Notes under the pieces: generated by a model
What the model was told of the DNA's origin: nothing
Database searches by the model: none
The model's input: only the letters and a program-made list of their open reading frames with translations
Part shown: positions 8,857 through 15,839 of the stretch, piece after piece
Numbering within the stretch: the first letter of the stretch is position 1
Layout of the letters: each line of letters opens with the position of its first letter
NCBI GenBank assembly: GCA_015066205.1
Contig: SVOV01000002.1
Coordinates: forward strand, 1 to 32,000
Reading direction: 5' to 3'
From: Oscillospiraceae bacterium
Lineage (GTDB): Bacteria > Bacillota > Clostridia > Oscillospirales > Acutalibacteraceae
DNA length: 32,000 bases
Program-made: the position numbers and the translations under genes

Positions 8857-8953
8857 GGCTTATTTGCTTGCTTCCTCTATAGCAACAGCACATGCAACTG
8901 TCATACCAACCATGGGGTTGTTACCTGCACCGATAAGACCCATCATTTCTACA
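8857..8953. repeat. Direct repeat (att, distal copy): displaced 3' end of the GGGtGRT gene
   Basis: About 97 nt matching 18049-18145 with a handful of mismatches. On the - strand it still reads VEMMGLIGAGNNPMVGMTVACAVAIEEASK*, identical to the C-terminus of the intact gene. The longest perfect core is GTCATACCAACCATGGGGTTGTTACCTGC (8901-8929 = 18092-18120). Confidence 0.85.
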
Positions 8954-9187
8954 TACAAGCGATGCTTGTTTCTCGCCTCTGCGTTGCAGAGGCTCGGAAT
9001 CACGGGAACTGAAGCCTGTTTTTAATACTTTAATAAACAATATAGACACATCATTAAACAGAAACAAAGTGCCCATCACGTATTTAGCATCCACATTATA
9101 GAATCGAATGAACTAAAAGTCAAGAATCAATCATAAACAAAACAAGGTTCATTAAAAATCAGTCAAGATAAACTCAACTTTTGCCAG

Positions 9188-9227
9188 AAGCCTGACCACC
9201 ATTATATGTGTGTCAGGCTTTTCTTTG
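9188..9227 (+). terminator. Hairpin plus T-run inside the left arm of the element
   Basis: AAGCCTGAC (9188-9196) / GTCAGGCTT (9212-9220), followed by TTCTTTG. Confidence 0.45.
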
Positions 9228-9289
9228 CAGAAACTTTAATCAAAAACCTGCACACCCAATTATACACTCTGAGAAAATTGTGAATACAG

Positions 9290-9320
9290 TATAATAATGA
9301 TGCAAGGTGAGGGAACGGTA
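9290..9320 (+). promoter_or_regulatory. Promoter/leader repeat, divergent copy 1
   Basis: TATAAT (9290-9295) followed by AATGATGCAAGGTGAGGGAACGG. It resembles copies 2 and 3. Confidence 0.35.
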
Positions 9321-9467
9321 AACAACCTCACAAGGCAGAAAAATTGAAACATCTGATTTACACTATCAAGTTTGTTTTAATGGGTAAGTTAGTAATTAGA
9401 AGAATCAAGAAATCTGCAAAATGCAAAAATCCTGAAAGGTCAAAAATACACCATCAGGAAAATTCAA

Positions 9468-9505
9468 AAATGATACAATGTAATCACAAGGTAAGGGAAA
9501 GGCCT
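9468..9505 (+). promoter_or_regulatory. Promoter/leader repeat, copy 2 (upstream of the 9538 ORF)
   Basis: AAATGATACAATGTAATCACAAGGTAAGGGAAAGGCC. TACAAT is the -10-like hexamer. The sequence nearly matches copy 3. Confidence 0.5.
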
Positions 9506-9537
9506 TAACCAGAAGAAAAGAAAGGAAATGAAAAAAA

Positions 9538-9825
9538 ATGAAATCAAAATCACTCGTAATCGTAGAAATTCACACAAACACAATTTATGTCTCGGCAACT
9601 GCGGCTCGCGACATCAGAAAGCCTAAAAGAACAGAGTCAATCATCTTATTCAGACACTTTAAAAAAATGTTTCCTTCGGCAACTGTTGAATACTTATCAG
9701 ACGAAGAATATTACAACAGATTTCACGAACATGAAATGGTGCATATTAACAATTTCCTTGCAAGAAATGTTTTATCAGACAATAATTCTGAAAGGACATT
9801 TATACACTACGAGAGAATCGCTTGA
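9538..9825 (+). CDS. Hypothetical protein (95 aa)
   Basis: ORF following repeat copy 2, with a weak AAAGGAAA RBS. I recognise no motif. Confidence 0.45.
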   Translation: MKSKSLVIVEIHTNTIYVSATAARDIRKPKRTESIILFRHFKKMFPSATVEYLSDEEYYNRFHEHEMVHINNFLARNVLSDNNSERTFIHYERIA

Positions 9826-9862
9826 ATGATATAATGTAATCACAAGGTAAGGGTAAGAGCCC
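9824..9862 (+). promoter_or_regulatory. Promoter/leader repeat, copy 3 (upstream of the 9884 ORF)
   Basis: GAATGATATAATGTAATCACAAGGTAAGGGTAAGAGCC. TATAAT is the -10 hexamer. Confidence 0.5.
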
Positions 9863-9883
9863 AAACAAAAAAAGTAAAATTTA

Positions 9884-10399
9884 GTGGCGACTATAAACGC
9901 AAATAAAAAATATATGCTGGCGAGCAAAGAACGCAGAAAGGTAAAAACTATGTTTATTAATGAATCAAAGAGAGAAATCATCGTATCAAAGGCAGAGTAC
10001 ACAAAGGCTATGAAGGTTGGCACACCTGAGTTTGAAGACCTCTTCAGAGCAAAGCAGATATGTCCCAACGCAAAGGTTATTATTAAGAAGTCAAACAACA
10101 AAAATAACTACAAGAATCTTACAAAGAAGTTTATGCTCAACTATGTAAATGCAAATGATAAGAACTACATTGAAACATTTGAACAGTTATTTAATTCCAT
10201 CGGCGAAACAATATATGACGAAGCAAATGACGAATATAAGGAAGTTTCCTTCTTCTATGTTCGCAATGAGTTCTTAAAAAGATATCCCCAGTTTATGACA
10301 CCTTCAGACCGTAAGAAGTTTGAGGAAGCCAATAAGCCTGCATTAACAACTGTATCAACAGAAGAATTTACAGAAGAAATTACAGATGAAGTCGCATAA
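9884..10399 (+). CDS. Hypothetical mobile-element protein, paralogous to the next ORF
   Basis: 171-aa ORF. The start is uncertain (GTG 9884, ATG 9914 or ATG 9950). It shares the pattern KRxIIxxK...SPE(F/Y)...YPxF with the 10419 ORF. Confidence 0.55.
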   Translation: MATINANKKYMLASKERRKVKTMFINESKREIIVSKAEYTKAMKVGTPEFEDLFRAKQICPNAKVIIKKSNNKNNYKNLTKKFMLNYVNANDKNYIETFEQLFNSIGETIYDEANDEYKEVSFFYVRNEFLKRYPQFMTPSDRKKFEEANKPALTTVSTEEFTEEITDEVA

Positions 10400-10418
10400 T
10401 TGAAAGGAGTAAAAAACA

Positions 10419-10895
10419 ATGAACGGAATTAAGGTAGATATCATCAAGCGCAAAATCATCATCAACAAGACATTTGCAAACAAAATGGCAAATACTTCAT
10501 CACCCGAATATAGTGAATATGAAAGAATAATTTCTAAAAATCCTGAGTTCACGGTTGAAGTTAAGGTTCAGAAAACCTACAATCACGATAAATATAAGGG
10601 CTTAAATTATCCCTTCATTGAGGCTTATATTTATTGCCATGAACACGATGAAGAATCCAGAAGAAATGTCTTTGCAGAATATGTTGAAGAAAGATGGAAA
10701 GCCCTTGCTCACTCTTGCGGATTCCAGGAAGTTCGCGCTTGGTTTATTAAGAAATATCCCGAATTCGACAATCTGTATTTCAAAAGTCACGCTCAGCCTG
10801 CCAGAAGCCAGATTGAAGAACTGATATCATATACAGCCTGCATTGAAAACGGAAAAATCATCTTCTCAGAAGAACAGAAACTTCTGACCGCGTAA
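10419..10895 (+). CDS. Hypothetical mobile-element protein, paralog of the 9884 ORF
   Basis: 158-aa ORF with a strong RBS (GAAAGGAG) upstream of the ATG. Confidence 0.65.
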   Translation: MNGIKVDIIKRKIIINKTFANKMANTSSPEYSEYERIISKNPEFTVEVKVQKTYNHDKYKGLNYPFIEAYIYCHEHDEESRRNVFAEYVEERWKALAHSCGFQEVRAWFIKKYPEFDNLYFKSHAQPARSQIEELISYTACIENGKIIFSEEQKLLTA

Positions 10896-11004
10896 AATGC
10901 TCTACTTTGATTTTAATGAAAAATTTTTGTATAATATATATAGAACGTCAGGACAAAATCTGATACTTCAATTTAATAAAAATTCATATATAAAGGAGAA
11001 GAAA

Positions 11005-11130
11005 ATGAGAAATAAAAGATGCAAAAAAATAGACCTTCGGCTTTCTGATTGCGAAAAAGAATCAATCCAACAGACGGCTAAAAAGTTCAATATGAACACA
11101 AGTCAATTCATCAGGTTCGCCTGTGAATAG
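11005..11130 (+). CDS. Short ribbon-helix-helix protein, MobC/CopG-like
   Basis: I place the start at ATG 11005, after the AAAGGAGAAG RBS. The sequence MRNKRCKKIDLRLSDCEKESIQQTAKKFNMNTSQFIRFACE fits the basic-strand plus two-helix RHH pattern of mobilisation accessory proteins. Confidence 0.5.
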   Translation: MRNKRCKKIDLRLSDCEKESIQQTAKKFNMNTSQFIRFACE

Positions 11131-11152
11131 ATTACCAGGAGGATTTGCGGAA

Positions 11153-11710
11153 ATGGGGAATTTCAATCAGGCACCGATTCTGAAATCTAAAGGTGAAAAG
11201 AATAGAGAGAATGGCTTGAAATATGCAGTCAGAACACATTACCTTGAAATGGCGTTGTTTAACATTTTCACGGGTAAAGAGGGAGCGCAGTTGAAACTGA
11301 TACTCTTTTTGACAGGAAACTCAGACAAAGGCAATTTTGCCGTTCCTGAAGCGACAGTTATGAAACGTTGCGGAATGTCTGAAACTACTTATAAAAACGC
11401 AAGAAAAAAATTAGTTGAAAAGGGCTTGATAATTCACAATCCAAGTACAAACGGGCAACAGGGTGAAATTATCGTTGACTATGATGCGATTTATAAATGC
11501 GCAAAGGAGATTATTGATAATACCCCTGTTTCAGACATTGATGATACCCCTTCAAAATCTGATAATACCCCATCAGGGGATATTGAATATACTTATAATA
11601 ATATAAATAATACTATAAATTCAAATAACCAAAATCCGAATATTATAAGTGAGAGAAATCCAAGAGTGAAGGATGATTTCATTGATGAAAACGGAAACTT
11701 TATATTTTAA
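11153..11710 (+). CDS. Winged-helix DNA-binding protein, putative replication initiator
   Basis: ATG 11153 follows AGGAGG. The segment LILFLTGNSDKGNFAVPEATVMKRCGMSETTYKNARKKLVEKGLI resembles the wHTH of phage/plasmid replication organisers. The 3' part contains iteron-like repeats. Confidence 0.45.
   Translation: MGNFNQAPILKSKGEKNRENGLKYAVRTHYLEMALFNIFTGKEGAQLKLILFLTGNSDKGNFAVPEATVMKRCGMSETTYKNARKKLVEKGLIIHNPSTNGQQGEIIVDYDAIYKCAKEIIDNTPVSDIDDTPSKSDNTPSGDIEYTYNNINNTINSNNQNPNIISERNPRVKDDFIDENGNFIF
11516..11571 (+). repeat. Three iteron-like 11-mers GAT(A/G)ATACCCC inside the rep-like gene
   Basis: Copies lie at 11516-11526, 11540-11550 and 11561-11571, spaced 24 and 21 nt apart. A very AT-rich stretch follows at about 11586-11640. 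Confidence 0.5.
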
Positions 11711-11802
11711 GAAAAAGGAGAAAAATTATGAGTAAATACGTAGATAATATTTATAATAAATATTTGTAGAAAGGCTGGTGTAAGAAATTCCTGAGTGCAG
11801 GT

Positions 11803-12138
11803 GTGTACTCAATAACCATAAACAATAAAATCGTTTACATAGGAAAAAGTAATAATATTCTTTATCGAATGGCGGAACATTGGGCTTTAACTACAAATCC
11901 AAAAGAAAACAAATACAAGGTTCTTGCCGAAGCCAAGAGGCGAAATTATAATGTGAAATTCAATGTGCTGTATTATGCCAAAAGTCAGACAAGAACAGAA
12001 ATTGAAGAAGAAATCGGCGAAAGAGAAGGTTATTTTATTCGCCTATTCAGACCGCCCCTGAATTATCAGATACCAACAGAAGACAACTGGCGAACTTACA
12101 CAGGCAATAGCGGTGCATTGAATATATCCCTTGATTAG
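11803..12138 (+). CDS. GIY-YIG family nuclease
   Basis: VYSITINNKIVYIGKSNNILYRMAEH supplies the GIY...YIG...R motifs. REGYFIRLFRPPLNYQ supplies the conserved E and N. The start is a GTG. Confidence 0.7.
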   Translation: MYSITINNKIVYIGKSNNILYRMAEHWALTTNPKENKYKVLAEAKRRNYNVKFNVLYYAKSQTRTEIEEEIGEREGYFIRLFRPPLNYQIPTEDNWRTYTGNSGALNISLD

Positions 12139-12157
12139 ATTATGGAGGGAGATTTTT

Positions 12158-12271
12158 ATGAATAAAGACGATTTTCAGAAATTAAGTTATTTCCGTGATA
12201 GAGGCATGGTGCCAGATTTGTTCTGGTATCAGTTAAACGGCAAATCTCCGCAGGAGAATTTTGAAGAATAG
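12158..12271 (+). CDS. Small hypothetical protein (37 aa)
   Basis: Not in the ORF track because it is under 60 aa. ATG is preceded by GGAGGGAG. It reads MNKDDFQKLSYFRDRGMVPDLFWYQLNGKSPQENFEE. Confidence 0.35.
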   Translation: MNKDDFQKLSYFRDRGMVPDLFWYQLNGKSPQENFEE

Positions 12272-12360
12272 CGAAACAATCTTTATGAACAAATAAATTA
12301 CGGTGATAACAACGAACCGATGAATATAAAAGTCACCTGCGAAAGTAAGGTGAAAAAGTA

Positions 12361-12501
12361 ATGGCGAATCCAAAAGATAACAAAAAAAAGAAAAAGAAGA
12401 AAAGTGTTATTGAGGCTGAATTATTTTCATTTCTTCATAAAAGTATGAAGACCGCACTTGATATGGCACTTGATGAAATATTCAAAGACTTCAATAAATA
12501 A
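12361..12501 (+). CDS. Small lysine-rich hypothetical protein (46 aa)
   Basis: MANPKDNKKKKKKKSVIEAELFSFLHKSMKTALDMALDEIFKDFNK. It ends immediately before a terminator. Confidence 0.3.
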   Translation: MANPKDNKKKKKKKSVIEAELFSFLHKSMKTALDMALDEIFKDFNK

Positions 12502-12506
12502 TACTA

Positions 12507-12552
12507 ACGGCAAACCAAGAGAAAACAATCTCACGGTTTGCCGTATTTTTTC
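12507..12552 (+). terminator. Rho-independent terminator closing the rightward left-arm module
   Basis: ACGGCAAACC (12507-12516) / GGTTTGCCGT (12535-12544), followed by ATTTTTT. Confidence 0.75.
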
Positions 12553-12817
12553 GTTTATGCTCCTTTTGGCTCGTCAGCCGAAGAAAAGATTATTATATCC
12601 TTTGCGGTCGGGAAAACCGTCTTTCAGAATCAAACCAACATTCAGACGGAGAGTGAGCCACGCAAAATTACAAGCCTGCCGAACGGTTTGAATTTTCCCG
12701 TAATACACCGCCCAGTATGGTGTCAAAGAAAAGAGTTGTTTTCATAGACACTTTCAAACGAGAAAAAAAGGGTGTGATATGCCCCCGAAAACACACAATT
12801 TTTGTTCAGGAAAAAAC

Positions 12818-13045
12818 TTACCCCTTTTCTTGAACATCAGGTTCTTTTACATACTCGACCAAATCACCCACCTGACAGTCCAAGAGTGAACAGAGTGTAT
12901 CAATAGTTTTCCACGAAACCAATTCGCCGTGTCTGATTTGCTGAAGGTATGACTGACCGATAAGTTTTTCTTCACGGATTTTTGTTGATGAGAATCCTTT
13001 GTTCTTCAGTTCTGCCATAATATCAATCTTATACTGGAGTGCCAT
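12818..13045 (-). CDS. XRE/Cro-C1-type HTH transcriptional regulator
   Basis: 75-aa ORF. IGQSYLQQIRHGELVSWKTIDTLCSLLDCQVGDLVEY is typical of short XRE-family repressors of Firmicutes mobile elements. It faces a divergent promoter region containing palindromes. Confidence 0.75.
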   Translation of the reverse strand: MALQYKIDIMAELKNKGFSSTKIREEKLIGQSYLQQIRHGELVSWKTIDTLCSLLDCQVGDLVEYVKEPDVQEKG

Positions 13046-13090
13046 TTTTTAACACCACCTTTCCCACTATAACAATTATACTACAGCAAT

Positions 13091-13181
13091 GCACTAAAAT
13101 CAAGTGCTAAAAATGCACAAATATTGCACTAAAAGTTAGTGTAATATGTCAATAGACAGCACTAATATTTAGTGCTATAAT
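13091..13181. promoter_or_regulatory. Three-operator divergent control region
   Basis: Palindromes are built on GCACTAA/TTAGTGC: 13091-13107 (GCACT-N7-AGTGC), 13126-13142, and a perfect AGCACTAA-TAT-TTAGTGCT at 13158-13176. The last overlaps TATAAT at 13176-13181. Confidence 0.65.
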
Positions 13182-13228
13182 ATAGACAGTTGATAAACAA
13201 CACAACAAAAACAAAGGAGATATGAAAT

Positions 13229-13504
13229 ATGTCAAACAACGAAATCATCAGAAACATCGAGGCTCTTGCAGAGTGGGAAACAATCATCGAGGATGCAAAG
13301 GCAGAGGCTGAGGCAATCAGAGATATGTTAAAGGCTGAAATGCTCGAACAGAACACCGAGGAACTTGAGGCAGGTGCATACATTATCCGTTGGACTTCAG
13401 TTCTTTCACAGAGATTTGATACAACGGCTTTCAAAAAGTCTCACGCCGATATGTATAAGGAATACACAAAACAGGTCAGCAGTCGCCGATTCTCAATCTG
13501 CTGA
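13229..13504 (+). CDS. Hypothetical coiled-coil protein, first gene of the recombinase operon
   Basis: 91-aa ORF with RBS AAAGGAGA. The N-terminal half is an acidic helix. I recognise no catalytic motif. Confidence 0.6.
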   Translation: MSNNEIIRNIEALAEWETIIEDAKAEAEAIRDMLKAEMLEQNTEELEAGAYIIRWTSVLSQRFDTTAFKKSHADMYKEYTKQVSSRRFSIC

Positions 13505-13516
13505 AAGAATTACAAA

Positions 13517-13539
13517 TGCCCTGCCGCAAAGGCAGGGCA
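13517..13539 (+). other. GC-rich perfect hairpin between the 13229 ORF and the recombinase gene
   Basis: TGCCCTGCC-GCAAA-GGCAGGGCA. No T-run follows. The recombinase RBS lies directly downstream. Confidence 0.5.
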
Positions 13540-13555
13540 GAGAAAGGATAAGATT

Positions 13556-14143
13556 ATGAATTACGGATATGCACGATGCTCGACAAATGAGAGTAAGCAG
13601 GATATTCAGAGGCAGGTCAAAGAACTGAAAGAGGCTGGCGCAAAAGAAATATTCCTTGAATACGAACACGGCGACAGTACCGTCAAACAAGAACTTTCTT
13701 CGCTTCTGGAACAAGCCAAAGAGGGGGATACAATTTACACACTTGAAGTCTCCAGACTTGCCAGAAGTACAAAACAACTTTGTGACATTATTGACACCGT
13801 AAAGGACAAGAAACTCAGACTTGTAATTGTCGGCAGTATCACGGTCGATTGTTCAAACGGTCAGATTGACCCTATGACAAATGCCTTCATTCAGATGTCG
13901 GGCGTGTTTGCAGAACTTGAACTTCGCATTATAAGAGAACGTGTGCGGTCTGGGATGGCAAACGCCAAGGCAAAAGGGGCTAAAATCGGGCGACCGCACA
14001 CAACAACGGAAGAAATCCCACAAATATTTTTCAGACATTATCCTGCGTTCAAGTCGGGCAGTCTGAACCTTTCAGAGTTCGCAAGAGTGTGCGGTCTGAG
14101 CAGAACTACGGTTTATAAATATGTAGGTCTTTTGGAAGGGTAA
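13556..14143 (+). CDS. Small serine recombinase (resolvase/invertase family)
   Basis: YGYARCSTNESKQDIQRQ supplies the catalytic Ser motif. Also present are SRLARS, AELELRIIRERVRSGM and a C-terminal HTH (LSEFARVCGLSRTTVYKYV). Confidence 0.9.
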   Translation: MNYGYARCSTNESKQDIQRQVKELKEAGAKEIFLEYEHGDSTVKQELSSLLEQAKEGDTIYTLEVSRLARSTKQLCDIIDTVKDKKLRLVIVGSITVDCSNGQIDPMTNAFIQMSGVFAELELRIIRERVRSGMANAKAKGAKIGRPHTTTEEIPQIFFRHYPAFKSGSLNLSEFARVCGLSRTTVYKYVGLLEG

Positions 14144-14149
14144 AAGTAA

Positions 14150-14176
14150 AGGGAACGGCTTTGTGCCATTCCCTTT
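14150..14176. terminator. Bidirectional hairpin between convergent genes
   Basis: GGGAACGG (14151-14158) / CCATTCCC (14166-14173) with one mismatch, flanked by an A-run and a T-run. Confidence 0.5.
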
Positions 14177-14188
14177 ATATATGTTAAT

Positions 14189-14374
14189 TTAAGCCCATTC
14201 AGTAATATCTAAAACAGTCCAACCTCTAACCCTTCCATATTTAATGAGTTCATCTCGTCTCAATGTATGAATATAATCTATATCGATTTTCGAAAGTGCA
14301 TTCTGACTAAAAATTTTCATTTTTACTTTATCATTACCAAAATTTGACTTTATCTCTACAATTGTTTGTGTCAT
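14189..14374 (-). CDS. 61-aa hypothetical protein, translationally coupled partner of the Mrr-type nuclease
   Basis: Its AAGGAGA RBS overlaps the stop codon of the upstream 423-aa ORF. I recognise no motif. Confidence 0.6.
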   Translation of the reverse strand: MTQTIVEIKSNFGNDKVKMKIFSQNALSKIDIDYIHTLRRDELIKYGRVRGWTVLDITEWA

Positions 14375-14385
14375 AATAATTCTCC

Positions 14386-15657
14386 TTATAAATAATAGTA
14401 GTTTTCCAATAATTCACGTAGTTTTATTCCATCAATCAATTCTATTGGTTTTTCTTGAGCAAAAATTTGTGCTTGTTTTGTGAAAGTTCCAGATGTCATT
14501 AAGATGCCTTTGTTTGCTCTTTCGGAGGTAATAACACCATATAAATCTCTAATAGTAGGTTCTCCTACGCTTCCAGTATAACGTTTGCACTGTATAATAT
14601 ATTTTCCCGAAAGTAACGGTTGATGATTATATGCAATCAAATCAATACCGCCATCACCAGTGGTTTTTGTAGTTTCAACTTCAAAGCCCATATTCTCCAA
14701 CAATCTTTTACATACCAACTCAAACTCAACTCCAGTAAGAGAGTTTATATTTTCATATGCAGCATTGTATTGGTCACTAAAAGATTTAGCAACTCTAACA
14801 TTGTGACTACCATAAAACGAGACTACTTCCTTTGCTTTTTCAGTATTAAACAAAAGTGGAAGACCGTTAATTTTCACCAAACTCCAATCCCTAAAAGTTA
14901 CTCCCGTCCACTCAATGTCAACATCCTTCCATTTCACACTTGCCTTGTAATACATTTCGTTATGCTCACCATTATATACAATAATATACTCATCAGTAAA
15001 AGCAAGTGAAACTGTAAGAAATTCCAAAAAATTGTCTTTTGTTTCATCTTTGCTTTTTGCGATATCAATCACTATTGCGTCTTGGTGGCTTTCGTATGGT
15101 ACAAATTGAGAATCACCACTTTTGATTATCTCTTTGATTTCATTAGTTGCTGTATTAAGCAGAGCAGAAATCTGAACGTTATATTTGTGTCGTTCTTTCT
15201 GTTCTTGTTGCCAATCATAATCCAATATAAGTGTACTAACTGCACGTTTTACATATTGCTCTTGTTTATCAAGCCAGCCATATTCTTTCAACCTACGAAC
15301 TATTTCAATGTACAAATCCAATTTTCGCAAATCATACACAAAAAACGGATTACCACCAAGGCACATAAACTCTTTCATTTTTCGCTTATATTCATCAATT
15401 GTATATTTTGCTTGCCAAACATCATTTGCTGAAACATATCCGTTTTCTATTTGGTCATCAGAGATTAACTCATCATAATCTGGATTTTTACAATTTATTT
15501 CCCATAACCACTTAATAAAACTTGATTCGTAATTCAATATTTTATCAACATTGCTTATGCTTGCTTTTGTTTCTCTCTCTTGTTCTTGAGCCTCTCTCTT
15601 TTTTTCACTGATTTCAGCCGCCGCCATCGCCCCGAAAAAAGATTTTAAAAATCCCAT
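14386..15657 (-). CDS. Mrr-cat (PD-(D/E)xK) restriction-endonuclease-domain protein with an unassigned ~300-aa N-terminal region
   Basis: The last ~115 aa (nt about 14389-14735) read FELVCKRLLENMGFEVETTKTTGDGGIDLIAY...GKYIIQCKRYTGSVGEPTIRDLYGV...KGILMTSGTFT. This is the classic Mrr D...QxK core. RBS AGGAGAG lies upstream of the ATG at 15657. Confidence 0.8.
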   Translation of the reverse strand: MGFLKSFFGAMAAAEISEKKREAQEQERETKASISNVDKILNYESSFIKWLWEINCKNPDYDELISDDQIENGYVSANDVWQAKYTIDEYKRKMKEFMCLGGNPFFVYDLRKLDLYIEIVRRLKEYGWLDKQEQYVKRAVSTLILDYDWQQEQKERHKYNVQISALLNTATNEIKEIIKSGDSQFVPYESHQDAIVIDIAKSKDETKDNFLEFLTVSLAFTDEYIIVYNGEHNEMYYKASVKWKDVDIEWTGVTFRDWSLVKINGLPLLFNTEKAKEVVSFYGSHNVRVAKSFSDQYNAAYENINSLTGVEFELVCKRLLENMGFEVETTKTTGDGGIDLIAYNHQPLLSGKYIIQCKRYTGSVGEPTIRDLYGVITSERANKGILMTSGTFTKQAQIFAQEKPIELIDGIKLRELLENYYYL

Positions 15658-15839
15658 AATTATCTCTCCTACACAATCAAAATGTATGCAAACAAAGAAC
15701 TATCTTTGATGAATATAACATCGTTTTAAGTTTATCATTGTTATTTTAAAAAATCAACTATTTGTTCAAGTTATTGCGCCTTTACTTTAACACTTTTTAT
15801 ATGTTATAATATCACCAATATGACCAAAAGGGTGATAAT
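15658..15839. promoter_or_regulatory. Divergent control region between the nuclease operon and the WYL regulator
   Basis: TATAAT at 15805-15810. Palindrome CAAAGA-ACTA-TCTTTG at 15694-15709. Imperfect inverted repeat TAATATCACC (15807-15816) / GGTGATAATA (15831-15840) spans the -10 and the RBS of the WYL gene. Confidence 0.35.

Noticed and set aside
10897-11004. Long version (77 aa) of the RHH ORF starting at 10897.
   Set aside because: The upstream part (MLYFDFNEKFLYNIY…) lacks an RBS and is AT-rich spacer-like. A strong AAAGGAGAAG RBS precedes the internal ATG at 11005.
12458-12747. ORFs 12458-12691 and 12538-12747.
   Set aside because: They span a strong rho-independent terminator. They have no RBS and show Arg/Pro-rich shadow-like composition.
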